Source of the DNA: Octopus vulgaris
Taxonomy: Eukaryota
Direction of reading: 5' to 3'
Assembly: GCA_951406725.2 (NCBI GenBank)
Contig: OX597819.1
Location: 114,824,001-114,888,000, forward strand
Length of the DNA stretch: 64,000 bases
The notes beneath the pieces were generated by a model, which searched no databases, had not been told where the DNA came from, and was given only the letters and a program-made list of their open reading frames with translations. Both the position numbers and the translations under genes were made by a program. Shown here piece after piece: positions 46,107 to 59,224 of this stretch. The number at the start of each line of letters is the position of its first letter. The first letter of the stretch is position 1.

Positions 46107-46188
46107 TCGGATAGTCCAAAAGAGAGAAATAAAGCAGTAAAAGAATTTTCTTTTAAAGCAGTAGAGAAAGAAAAGGCGGTTAAAAAAA

Positions 46189-46570
46189 AATGGGTGTATT
46201 AAATTAAATTAATTTCAATTAAATTAAATTGAATTAAATTGATTTAAATTGAGCCTCCGTGGTTTCAAATTCTGTAAAACCTAAGTACTTTTATTTTTCA
46301 ATTTATTTAATTTTTGTAGACTCAAAAAAGAATGGGTGTACTCAACTAAATTAAACTGAATTAAATTGAATTAAATTGAGCCTCCGTGGTTTCAAATCCT
46401 GTAAAAGCTAAACCAATTATTTTCTACAACTTATTTTATTCCTAAGACTCAGAAGGAATGGGTGCATTAAATTAAATTAAATTAAGTTCAATTAACTTAA
46501 ATTGAACTAAATTGAGCCTCCGTGGTTTCAATCCTGTAAAATTACTTTCTACAATTTATTTTATTCCTGT
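46189..46570. repeat. Three ~125-140 bp tandem repeats in the PLE 3' region
   Basis: AATGGGTG(C/T)A...(AAATT)n...GAGCCTCCGTGGTTTCAA repeats three times. The same module is at 1-100. Confidence 0.85.
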
Positions 46571-46576
46571 AGATTT

Positions 46577-49065
46577 TTAGGAATGTAGAAGAAAATTTAT
46601 GTATGCAAAAGGGATCACGTCCGTAAATTTATTCAGAATGTGCGGTCCATAACACCTAAGGATGGTAAGTGATTCCCTTATGCATAGCCTACACTTGCTG
46701 ATATTTCTCTTGAAATTTGGGGTTTTAGAAATGATGGACCATTCTAGATGATAATTCTTATTGTTTTTCCTCAGGTTGTGTATATGTGATGCAAGTGTAG
46801 TTGAGTTACAGTATTTGTCGTTAGCAAAAGAGCTCATATGTGATCTATATCTCGCCTTGAAGTCCATCGTGCTACCTATATAAAATTTGTTTAGCTTATC
46901 TTCATCCCTGACTACACATATATTATGTTGGTAACCAGACAGGAACTATCCAAAGGACATAATTCGGGTTTCCTACAGTTACATGTCTTTCCGGGGCCTT
47001 TCCTAGTTTTATTCCTATTGTTATCTTTACTTATTTTATCTCCAGTTCCAGACGGGTTTCCCTCATTCCTTCCCTCAAATCTTCCCTTATTACATGGGTT
47101 CGATGTACCCGGTAAAGTTAGACCGTTTATAGCTTTGGTATTAGGCTTTACAGGATTATCAAACACATTTCCTTGGTCATCCTCAAAGGAACTTTTTTTG
47201 CCGTTCCACCTAGCAAGCTTGCTTCTATTGATTGAAGCAATGATGGAAGCAAAGTTAGGCATTACAGAATAGGAGAATTTTATCGTCGACTTGTTGCAGA
47301 TGCTATAATATTTATGGTCCTTTGGGAAGTTCTCCTTCAGAATCTTAAAAAATAGTTTCAGTAAATTCCTTACTCTAAGGGAGAAAGGGGGAGCGAACCA
47401 AATAACTTCCCTTATTCTAGGCCGTGAATTTCCCGTTTTGTTTAACTCCTTATCAAGATTATTAATTTTCTTATACCTGCACCTACTGCGGGTATCCCTA
47501 AACATATTATTCAAAGGCCTCTTATTATTGCAGTTGGGGGGGTTCTCTGTATTTATCTGTAGTATTTGTAACTTGCTTAATTGGCAAACCAGCCATCTTG
47601 TTTTTGAGTCTAGTATTAAAGATATACAATATTTTAGACTTGAAACCACTTAAATTTAGGGCATTATTATACACTGGTGCATGCTGCTCAAAAATCTTTT
47701 CATTCGCAGATAAATTAGATATTCTAGTTGAAATCGCAGTTATGATGCTATCTATTGTGGATTTCGGATGATTAGATGATACATTGATATATGATATTGA
47801 TTTATTAGCCTTACGAAAGGGATAATAGAGACCGGTATTAAGGCACAAGGTAACGTCCCAAAAGTTTACCACCCTAGAGTTACTGTCGAAGATGATATCA
47901 AGATTTAAAAAATCCCTCAGAAAGCTTCTCAACGACTCCTTTAATCTGTTTAATTCGGTCATAGAGAGGCCCAGCACAGCAAAGAGGGCATCATCCCTAT
48001 ATAATCCACCAGTAAGATTAGGGAAGCTTTTCTTAACTTCCGAGAGTAGATACAGGCCAACTAAGTCAGTCACCTGTGCAGAATCTGATGACCCCATGGT
48101 TATATCAAAGAAATTTTCTGAGTTTGCTCTCTGCCAGTCACTCTCATTATAGGAGATAAGTGTTTCTCTTGCCGCCAAAATTACCTCTATATCCGACTTG
48201 GGTATCTCTACAAACCTTCTTGCAAAGATTAAGGCTTTGTTTAACAAGATAGGGCTTATAGATATAGTAATTCGAAATGTCGAATTGTATGAAGTTGAGC
48301 TTAGGTTTATCTATGTGAGAGTCAAACCAAAGTATCACATCCTCAGTTCCTTTCCATAAGAGAAGTTGGACCTTTTCCCTCACAATTGGGATAATGCTAT
48401 CAATAATAAATTTGCTGATTCTGCCCAAATCAGTCTTTGTCGAACATATCAATCTAATCGAAGGATTAGATAAAAAATCAGACTTATGGTCCTTCAATAA
48501 AGCATGGGGAGTATTTGGATCATAAGGTTGGGTTCTATCAAGCAGGCCCAAACCAGAGATTATTTCCAAATGATTGGCATTAATCTTATTTATGGCATTT
48601 TTACCTGCATGTTTATAGCCAGAGTTAAGTTCCTTCAATATCAATTCATTATACAAATTTGGTGGTACAGAGTAAATTTTCCCGGTTTTATCCGACAATA
48701 CATGTAGGTCGGGAGACGATTTCATAGACGATACCTTCTGAGATAGCAGCTTCTGGAATGGATTAGTGTATTTTGAAAATTTCAAGCGTTTAATTAATTT
48801 TATCAGGTCCTGTTCAAACTTGGCAAGAGCTGGGTTGGACGGAGGATTTCTATAGGTTTTTGAGGTTAAAATTATTTTTCTTGCCGGAAATGTTGGATTC
48901 ATTAGAACTGCTGTCACTCTTATTATTTTTCAAATCAAAGAAGAAGGCTCGCCATCTTAGCCTGTTGATGAATTCTGTGGTTCGGTGGATCAATGATTCC
49001 ATGTATAAATTGTTCGAGGGTATGGGAATGTTCTTTGTGGAAAAACCTAGACAATGCTTATTCAT
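46577..49065 (-). pseudogene. Penelope-like RT plus GIY-YIG ORF, broken by several frameshifts
   Basis: STKNIPIP, RLRWRAFFF, SDKTG, KDHK...NPSIRLI, QFDISNYY, ITMGSSDSAQVTDLVGLYLL, LYRDD, SSNHP, IWFAPPFS, CNCRKPELC, CRLC. Confidence 0.92.
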
Positions 49066-49817
49066 TATGCAGCCTATATGAAGTGCTCAGAAGAGAAGAA
49101 ATATCAATATCAATAATACAGTGATTGTTTCTTGTCAGGAACAAAAAGATTAATAGGACTGCTATAGAAGTGCTTTATTGAAAGAGACAAAAATATTAAA
49201 CTAAAATTATTGAACAAACAAATGCAAGGTCATCCGCATATCATTTCATAATTCGAACATTTAATCATAGAATATACATATAAACATCCCGCAAGATGGA
49301 ACATAATTCATCTGTATAAGCAGACAAGCATATAATAATAATAAGGTGCGAGAAAAAAATTTTCTTCATCAAAATTTAGAGTTAATATTTTAGCGATTCA
49401 GAAAAAATACATTTTTTTTAAAAACCATAATTAAGATTTCTAAACGATGAACTTTTATTTCATTTACATGACATATATTATATATTTTTTATATGCTCCT
49501 ATATCTGTGTATATATATATATATATACCTATATATTTTTATATACTACTTATATTATATTTTTACTTTCTACGTTTTTTAAAAAATGTATTTTTTCTGA
49601 ATCGCTAAAATATTAACTCTAAATTTTGATGAAGAAAATTTTTCTCGCACCTTATTATTATTATATGCTTGTCTGCTTATACACATGAATTATGTTCCAT
49701 CTTGCGGGATGTTTATATGTATATTCTATGATTAAATGTTCGAATTATGAAATGATATGCAGATGAGCTTGCATTTGTTTGTTCAATAATTTTAGTTTAT
49801 ATATGTATATATATATA

Positions 49818-52015
49818 AACTTAGACTTAGATAAACTTAGATATGTTTCGACCAAAGATTGGTCCAGGCCATGTCTAACTTAATAGCACCACCTGATAGG
49901 ATTATTCGAATCCTGTTTAAGTCAAGTTTTGTTCAAGTAGTGAGTTCTTGTCGGGTGAGTTGTATCCAATTATGGGTGGCTTATCTGGTATTCTTTGAAG
50001 GAATCTATCCAGACTCCGTTTAAAGTTGATGGGATCCTTTTCCTCTTTGATCTCCCTCAGGACAATGTTAAATAGGGCAGGGCCTGTTGAGGAAAAGAAA
50101 TTATGTTGCAGTGTACATGTATGTTGTGATCTTGAATTGGGCAGGGGACGTATGGCCCATGGTCCCAGTCTTGGATGAACCTTGAAGCTAATGTTAAGGT
50201 CGTTTGGGCAAAGTTGGCAGTATATTCTCCACATTGTACAAATGATGTACCACTCACGGCGACGCTGGAGGGAGTAAAGTTTTAAGGGTTTAAGGCGATC
50301 CCAATAATCGAGAGCAGTCATGCCTTTAATTTGTTTAGTGAGTGCCCTCTGGGGTGACTCAATTCTGGAGATGTTTTGTCTTGTATGGGGAGACCACAGT
50401 GGGCAGCAGTATTCGAGGTGTGGCCATACAAAGGAGGAAAAAAGTGGTATGATGACACCTTGGTCTCTGGACCGGAAAGTTCTTAAGATCCAGGAACTCA
50501 TCCTACAAGCTATATTGACCTTCTTGTTGAAGTGTGCACTCCAACTGAGATCGTCATCAACAATTACACCCAGGTCTCTGATATTGTTAGAGGCTGTGAG
50601 CGGTTCCCCTGAAGGAAGAGAGTATGGTTGTTTTAGTGAGGAATTTCTTCCAAAATGCATCAGCTCAAATTTTCCCTCATTCAGTTGCATTTTGTTTCTG
50701 TCTGCCCATTGACTCACAACATATAGATCAGACTGGAGTTGAGTTCGGTCTGCTTCTTCATTGACGATTTGCTAGAGCTTAGTGTCATCAGCAAATATTT
50801 TCACTTTGCAGTAATGTACGACACTGGAAAGGTCGTTTATGTAAATTATGAAGAGTAGCGGATCCAAAACAGTCCCCTGGGGAACACCGCTGGTGACTTT
50901 TGCTGGGTTTGAGTGGACTCCATCAACTACAACATGTTGTGTTCTATTCGCCAGGAAATACTTAATCCAGTGTAGAACTTTTCCACGGATTCCAACATTT
51001 GCCAATTTTGAGAGTAGAATATTATGGTCTACCCTGTCGAACGCTTTACTGAAGTCAAGATATATGATGTCAGAGTTCGAACCTGTTCCCAAGGCTTTGA
51101 GTACATCTTCAATGTGGTGTAAGAGCTGTGTTAGACAGTCCCTGCCACAGCGAAAGCCATGCTGATTTGCATTTAGGAGTTTGTGGGTCTCCAGGAAGTC
51201 AGCTATCCTTGATCTTAACACTCTTTCAAACACTTTAATGATGTGGGAGGTGAGTGAGATTGGGCGATAGTTGACTGCGAGGGATCTGTTTCCCTGTTTG
51301 AAAACCGGGATGACCGACTGGGATAGAAACTGATTCGGTATATAACCTGCGTCTAACGAATTTCTCCAGAGGTTGGTCAGAGGGACTGCAAGTTGGTGTC
51401 TACATTCCTTCAGGAGACTAGCAGGAAATCTATCAGGGCCTACAGCAGAGTAATGTTTGACCTCATTTATTGCTGCTACGATGTCAGTGGCAGTGAAGGT
51501 TATGTCTGAGATTTTATGTTGGGAGTCAAATTTGTTCGTTTCTCTTACGTCAATATCAGTGGGAACACTAAAGACAGAGCAGTATTGTTTCTGCAGTATT
51601 TCTGCCATTTCTTTAGCATCGTGTTGGGGAATGCCGTTATCATCAATCAATGGCCCAATGGGTGAGACAGTGGTTCTATGCTTATTTGCATAAGAATAGA
51701 ACACTTTTGGGTTCTGTTTGATGTTTTTGATTACCTACTGTTCCTCCACAGCTCTTTGATTTTCAATGGAGGTTTTCATGTGGGTCTGCAGATGAAGTTT
51801 TTCCAGCTCTAGCCTTTTCATTGTTGTTGAATGTGGATGTTGTGTGTGGGAATATTTTAATTGGTTGATTTTTTTTGTTGAGTCTTTTGATGTGCCTGAT
51901 GAGTGTTTTTTTTTTCTTTTTAGGGAGCTGGTTTCTGTTTGTGTTAGTAGATTTCGTGGGAGTGTGTTTAGAGCATGTATAGGTGACAATGTTTTCAAAG
52001 TGCTGCCACACGGTC
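49818..52015 (-). mobile_element. 5'-truncated CR1/L2-group LINE (RT region), with stops and frameshifts
   Basis: NYRPISLTS, QHGFR, IYLDFSKAFDRVDH, SGVPQGTVL, IFADDTKL, RDLGVIVD, HLEYCCPLWSP. Short (TCTAAG)-type 3' tail at ~49818-49842. Confidence 0.92.
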
Positions 52016-52747
52016 TCAATATATATATATATATATATATATATTATTTTACTTTATTTATTAGGGAATAAAAATTCCGGCATCACAGGGATTCAAATAA
52101 AATGAATTATTCTCAATAAGGAAATATGTTATTTAGAGATAGCAGTCCTCATCATCACACAATATAAAAGAATTTTATTTTAATATTTACTACTCATTTC
52201 TAAATTTCTTAGCTACATGTGATTCTTGAGGTTCTTTTACCGTTCCTTAACCATGCAGCGTTTTACAGGAACATTTCTTAAAACGCAACCCCAATCGTCA
52301 GGCCTCTAAATAACTTTATTATAGTTCAATACCAAATTCTATATTTTAATTTTTTAACAGATAAATTCGCCGAACATTACTGTACAAGCCATAATTTAAT
52401 TCAAATAAAATTTTAATTGATTAATAATAAAAATAAAAAATTTACAAAACTAAATTCTAATGTGGCTTATGCCTATAAACATTCTTATAAAATTAATATG
52501 TAGGGATGAAAATTAAAATATATACTTGTGATGATTACACAAATGCGAATGAATGACAAAATGCAAATAGAAAATAAATATACAAATGATAAAAATAATT
52601 TATAAAGTAAAAATTAGTGTAATAACTTAAAAATAACGTAAAAAATATCATAAAACAAATGTCGTAAAAATATCGTAAAAAATATGCATGTACAAACTAC
52701 CGTTGACTACCATGGTCATACTACGTGTTAAGTTCAGCTTACCGTCG

Positions 52748-52781
<34 letters not shown>

Positions 52782-53204
52782 GAAATATGTTTTGAAAAAA
52801 AATATAAAATACACATGGAAGTGTAAGGGTAAAATAAGAAAAGTCAATGAAAATACATATTGCAGGTATAAAAAGACTATTTATGATAGGAAGTGATAAA
52901 AATATACATTTAGAGTATTACGAGTCAAAATGGTCATTATTATTGATGATTATAAGAAGTTAATAATAATAGAAATAAGGTAAGGGACTGAAACTAACCA
53001 ATTGGTTTTCGCGTTAGCTGTTCATCGTTTGAATAACACCAGTTAGTAGACGGTTAGTATGAATTGATCTGTGTATTAAGGTTCAACAAAAAGAGTACTC
53101 CATCTAGTGGGAGTAAAAATAGTTTTATATGATCACCTCACATGCTTAAGCCATGCTACTAATAGTTTCACGTACATGGGAACCCAAGTACATTGTTCAG
53201 GTGT

Positions 53205-55082
53205 GATTTCTTTATTGCCCACAGGAGGTCAAACATAGAAGGAACAATACAAATGAGGGAAGGGTCGATATAATGAATGATTTTTCATATAAAGGTGATT
53301 GGAAATTTTGATTAAAATGAGCAATAGACAAACCAATTGATGATGGCAATCCCTCAAGGTCGAGGATGATGGTCTTCGCGCAAATTTACTGGTGAGTCTG
53401 TAGGTGACTGATAAGACCAATTCTTGCTCGAAAAGATCAGTCGCAGTGCAGACATCTAGTGCCGGAAGGGAGAGTCGCACATGGTTGTTGTTGGCGCTTC
53501 TTCCGTCGTCGTCTTTTCTCCTACAGCTCTGCAGACCTTTTCGACTTGAAAGTCGCCGTTCCCTCATGGATGGTGGTTTTCCAGAGTGGTCTGTTTTTTG
53601 CCGTTTCCTCCCAGTTAGTGGAGTCGATGTCACACTTTTTGAGGTTCGTTTTCAGGGAGTCCTGAAAACACAATGAAGTGGGGGACAGATTCTGCTTTGA
53701 TCCTGCTATCCCTGTGCCGTCACTCTAACCTTTTGATGACCTTATGGATACATTATGCGGATTCATTCTCATGTTCACAACGGCCTTCCATCTTTTCCCA
53801 TATATATCAGGCAACTGGCATTTTCTCTCCAGCCTTATTTTCCTCTTAAGGTCGAAAATAAAGACGTTTACTAGTGCAAGACTGGAGATGAAGATGCCTG
53901 TCATGATTCCTTTCATGTGAGTCTTCCATACAGCCTCTTTCACTATAGCAACCACAGTGAGAAAACGAGCCTTACCTGCTTTGTTAAAAGAGGAAGGAGG
54001 GAACAACCTTCAAAATACTTGGAAGTCAGGCGTACTCTTACCAGCTGTGATAGCAGTTGTTAAAAACGCACATTTCTGAAATTTTGGGGCATTACACAAT
54101 TGCATGCATAAGTGTTCCTGCCCTTGCATCTTGGACACATGGGTGATCAAGAAGCACCATGCCTTGCGAGTTTATCACAGACTGGTAAGGCTCTTCAGTA
54201 ACATTGCCAAGCCAGAGATCCTTGGAAGTTATCCAAGGGTCCTGGCCTGAATGTCCTTCAGAACAGGCCGGCTAGTTGACTATTGTCAAAGCCCAGTCTC
54301 CTCCAGGTTGTTGTCTTGACCAACCCTCTATAGAATGATGAAGTGGAACCCTTGCTGCTAGCCTTACCCATGCAAGAGAGAAGTGAGCGTACCTGACAAC
54401 GCTACTTTCTAGGCTCCCAACTTTGGTCTGTGCTTGATCCATGGTTCTAGTTCACCAAAATTAGTAAGCCAAAGAAGTAACAATAACAAATGGCGACCAC
54501 ACCTGTTCAGTATATGTGTGTGTGCATCAACAGCCAAGGCTCATCCTTTAGCAGGTATTGGTAGCAGACAGAGCGCTTTACAAGAGGAACTTTGCTCTTC
54601 CACAAGAAGCAAAAGAGCAGATGCTCCAACTTGTTCAGCTATGAACGGGGGCAAGGCACGACAGTTAGGTGGTAGATAATCACAGATACAATGAACACAT
54701 TTGTGACATCTGCCCTCCCTTTCAGAGATAGCCATTACTCAGAACTAGTCTGAGTTACGTGGGCCACTCTGCTCGTCATCTCACCTCCATTTCCCTATCT
54801 GGAGGTCTGGACCAAACCAAACCCCAAGCATTTTAACCAGACCCTCCATCCAACGCTCTATGACATTGTTGGGAGGTATCACCTTGCCTCTCCAGGTGCC
54901 AACTGACTTATCCTGGTTAACTTTTGCTCCTGCCACCACCATGTAGTCCTTAATGGCCTCACCTACCCTCTATAGATGTTCTACCTTGGACATGGTGATA
55001 TGTGTACAGCATAACCATCCTTCCACAACCAAGACCACATGGGTTGTCCCTCAAGCCCTCCAACTTCCGTAGTAAAACCTCA
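53205..55082 (-). mobile_element. Decayed L1/Tx1-type ORF2 3' half
   Basis: 3' end AATAAAGAAAT; ORF 53725..54006 (VAIVKEAVWKT...KRKIRLERK...YGKRW). DNA resembles Tx1 ORF2, e.g. GGACCAAACCAAACCCCAAG and TTAACTTTTGCTCCTGCCACC. Confidence 0.8.
53338..53665 (-). mobile_element. RTE 3' fragment nested in the Tx1 relic
   Basis: Minus strand encodes ...DSLKTNLKKCDIDSTNWEETAKNRPLWK...CLHCDRSFRARIGLISHLQTHQ-like sequence, ending in a short (CAT)n tail. Confidence 0.75.
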
Positions 55083-58000
55083 TGTTATTGGACGCTCAGG
55101 AAAGGAAAGAAAGAGGAAAGATTTCACATTTCGAGCTGGAGCTTTTCGTTAGAAATATATAAAAAAAAAAGAAAAAGTCCAAAGAAGGGAAGAAAGAAAG
55201 AAAATCACTGATACATATGCAGTCACATATGTTTCCATGTGGACATTGGTTAGTTGTGGAATATAGCATATCAGTTCTAATTCTGTGTCCTCTTGAATGT
55301 GTGGCTAAGTTTTAATCAAATTTTATAACTTCTTGCAATATCTTCTATGGTCTTTCTTCAACCTCCCATTATTATTAGACAGGTTTTGTTTTTGTTTTTT
55401 TTTAGTTTCATTTCTGAAATATTTAAAAACACCTGTCATTTTCCTATTTGGGATATCAAACTGTTTGGGTAGAAAGTTTTATATTTCCCATGTTATAGAT
55501 CTTTTTCTTTGGTCTTTGCAATAGTTGTCAGTGATTTATTTTCAGTTCAGTATGGCTTCACTGTATTACTTCATCTGATGTTGAGTGCTGCCCACACCTC
55601 CATTTCTCTCACCTCCATTCTGATTGACTAGGCATACAATTAAAAGCATTCCAGCTAAGACCACACAGGCTTAAAAAAATTTTTTTTTTGCTCAGCATTC
55701 CATGTCTTTTCTATTCTAAGGTAGTCTGTGATATGGCATAGCTGGAAGAATTGGCTGCTCTTGCAGGTTGAGTGAGTACAGAGGCCGAACTTGTTGGCTC
55801 ATTTATTCCAGTTATTTTCAGATACCATCTCACTTTTCTCATCTTTTTATCATTTCCTTAATTTCAATTTGTAATTACTCACTCTGTAACTTGGCCTAAT
55901 CTCAGGAGGGTTTATGGTGTCTATCAGTAACACTTTCCATGCTTCTGGCAAACATACAATTCTCAATTTCTGGCTAAGCATTATTGATAGCATTATTAGG
56001 GTAGAGCCACTGGATAATAGAATATATTGTTACCTGATGGGTCTGATGCTCATATCATTCTAAGCATTTGGAAAGTTTGATATTTCTGATATTAGTACAA
56101 AGAGTTGAAGTTATGAAACCTTCCTACCAACAACTGGCAAACAAAACAGTATTACTTTCATAATTTGATAAAGCTGAGGAAAATCAGTCAAAAGTAAAGT
56201 TTCATTTATATGTATTTCTGCATACAGTGGAGTATGAGGTGTCATGCATGTATTTCTTCCATCTATCCCATTTGCTGTCATAGCATTAAGTTCTATTTAT
56301 AATTTATATTGAGTACATTTTTAGGATCTGGTCTCTTCATGCACTATTGAGACATCTTCACTTTCTTTTTACCGGCTGTCATACTCTCTAGACAAATCTT
56401 AGGAAGACTTACAGGTTGAATGTATGATGTAGTAGAGCAGTTTTATAGTGTTGCTATACAAAATTTAGTTGTAGATGAAGTATTTTAACTTTGACTTTTA
56501 GAGGGTTTACCAATAATAAATCTCATGATGGGGTTTTGATAGACTTCAATTTTTAAAGGCAGCTTCATTACATCAGCTGTGAATCACTGGTGTTATCGTT
56601 TACAGCCCCAGGTCAACTCTCATGATCATGCCTATAATCAAAAGCATTTTGGGGATATCTAGGATATATTATCCATGGTGCTTTTTCTTTGCTTTTGTCT
56701 TAAGACAGTAGTGTTTGATTTGAGGGAGATTTAGTTGCTATCTCTTGCATGTTGATCAACCATGAAGAAACTCTCTCTTTAAGGTTTAATAGACTTAACT
56801 ATTGAACTTAATTGCCATTAGCACTGTCTGAACACCAGGATTTTATCTCATCATGGAATCTGTTCAGTTTTTTATATCACAAGTAATATCAGTGGTTGAA
56901 AATATTTTAATTATAGAAATATTGGTCCCATATTTCTACACTGTACTGACATAAATTTAAAGATACTTAACTAACTCGTATTTCATGTTTGTGTTATCCT
57001 TGATTTAGTTTACTAAACTTAATAGTTTAAGAATGTATAAAGCCTATATCTTCATACTGATCTGTTGGAAAGTTTTTGATTCATCTCCCTTAGCCATTAA
57101 ACAAAAAAAAAAGAAGGTAAATCTTGTGTTAAGTTGGTCATTATAGCAAAATTTAATGTTACATAGTCTTTTCTATTGATATCAAATTTCTTCAATTTTC
57201 AGTAATATTTATCTTTCTCAATTACTTTTGTTGGGTAAGTGTAAAAATGGTAAGGTTTGTTAGAATAGCTGACATTTAATAAATAAGGATTGTTGTTGGT
57301 AACAAAATATTAAATCTGAAAACTGATAGTCTTCACTCCAACAAAGAGGTAATTATAACAAGATGGTATTTCTTAAATATTTCCGTGTCTACAGGCTGCT
57401 AAATTTTCCAGCTGCAAGTGTTAACATTTTATTTGACATGGGTTGGCTATACAAGTATTGACATTAGTTGCAACAGGAGACAAGTAGAATGATGTTCCTA
57501 ATGTAATGTACTTAAACTAAATAGCCTCACTTCTACTTCAGAATAGATTTCTGAGTCGTACATTTGTTTGGAGTATTTGCAGAATCAGTTCTTTCAAAAA
57601 TTTTATTCTCTATTGTACTTTCTTCTTACATATATCTCATTCTATACTGTAACTATGACTTGCAATCACCCAACTTTTCTGCACTCAGTAGTTCTGCATT
57701 AATCATTTCAGTTCCGATGGTTAAATGCATCTGGCAAGTTCTGTTTTCAACTTGCAGCAATTCTTGAGATAACCTAACATGTCAGAGAATTGTTCATTTA
57801 TTTATGTCAAGATCCATTGAACAAACTATTTATGTAGACCATTGCTTTGCGAAACTTTGTGATGATAAATTGTGCTTCTATTTGCAAATCCTAAAATTGG
57901 ATGCTTAGACATGTAAGGAGGAAATTTTAAACTGATTACAGTTAGGGGCTCTCCCTGCCATCTGCTACTGCTTTTGCTATGTAGGGTATCACCTAGACAC

Positions 58001-58159
58001 TTCATTAATATTGTTTATCTCCTTGGAGATACCTCTTACTTATACTCACTACATGGCTACTCAGTGAGAGTAGCTATGTAGCTCCTCTACAACAAGAACT
58101 TGTTCTATTCCAACCTTAACCCCTGTCTAGTATACAGAACCTCCTTGGGTTTGTTGACT

Positions 58160-58345
58160 TCCAAGCTACATGGTGACCTCAATAGTGCCAGTGGAATATA
58201 AAAAAGCACTTGCTACACACTGTAGAGTGGTTGGCATTAGGAAGGGCATCAGGTCATAGAAGCCATACAAAAGCAAACATTGGAGCATGATACAGTTCTT
58301 GATTCATTGGATCCTTGTCAAACCGTCCAACTAATTCCAGCATGT
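58160..58345 (+). mobile_element. SINE-like or RTE-tail relic sharing the RTE 3' end (copies at ~60580-60792; related piece at ~62350-62530)
   Basis: GAGTGGTTGGCATTAGGAAGGGCATC and AACCGTCCAAC are reverse complements of the RTE 3' UTR at 6300-6420. Confidence 0.7.
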
Positions 58346-58579
58346 TTCATGGTAGAGACTTAAGAGTATGGGTTGGTTGATTGTTTGCTATGGTGGTTCA
58401 GATCACCTCAGAGTTAAGTTGTAAAATGCATGATTATTGTGCAACAATTGAATTTGAGATGAGATTTTTTTTCATCTTATTTTTTTATCTTTACAAGGTC
58501 AGTAAAATAAATACCACTAATACAGAAGGTTGCGGTGATTGTATTATTTTAATGTCATTCTATATATCAGTGAATTAGT

Positions 58580-58596
58580 AGCACCATCTAGTGGCA
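58580..58596 (-). promoter_or_regulatory. CTCF-like motif (duplicated at 61028-61044)
   Basis: TGCCACTAGATGGTGCT versus the consensus CCACYAGRKGGCRS; one mismatch, compatible with CpG decay. Confidence 0.45.
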
Positions 58597-59224
58597 ATTT
58601 TCATAATGAGAAGAGTTTATAGACCTTTGAATAAGTTAAAATCCTGTGAGAAGCAGAAAATCTTGTTTTGTATTTTTGCTCTTCAAAACTAGAAAAAAAA
58701 ACCTCAGAAAATAGAAGGCAACTGGAATCGGTGTTTTAAAACTAGTTTGACTGACATAGTGGCAAATTCAGTGCAAACAAAGATAACAAATATGAAGACA
58801 GACGCATTAAAACAAATAACTATAAATGCAGAATAAGTGACAAGCACATCAACAAATATGCAATTGTAACAAGATGAGTTTCAGGAACACTGGTGGGGTG
58901 TCTGGTCTTATCTTGTCACATACAAGTTGAAGAAAAGGAACCAAAAATCTGGCTGTCTTCAATGACAATAAATAGTACTTTATTCTTTGGGTTCACAGGT
59001 AAAATATATACATATTTCTTATGGGTGAACCGGCAGCCAAGTACACAGGACTGTTTACAAGTGTTCACTTGGGTGAGCCAAGAAGATATGGTGTTCATTC
59101 CCGCTTCAAAGAGAGAGCTTCTCTGTGTGTAGGGTTTTCCCTGAGAGAAGTTTTAGCCATGTCCGCTCATTAGGGCTGCTCTTCCAAAAAAACTGATTTA
59201 GCGGTTACGCTTTCAGGTTGCAGT

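Larger units (their letters stand above)
43578..49798 (-). mobile_element. Penelope-like element (C-terminal GIY-YIG; CxCx5C linker, Hydra-clade-like) with direct and inverted pseudo-LTR copies
   Basis: Direct repeat 43578-~43900 = 49101-~49425. Inverted copy 49430-49798 = reverse complement of ~43676-44055. Ends lie in (TA)n. Confidence 0.88.

Noticed and set aside
52215-52290. CTGACGA plus a hairpin on the minus strand as another hammerhead
   Set aside because: No intact GAAA, stem III or cleavage triplet could be assigned.
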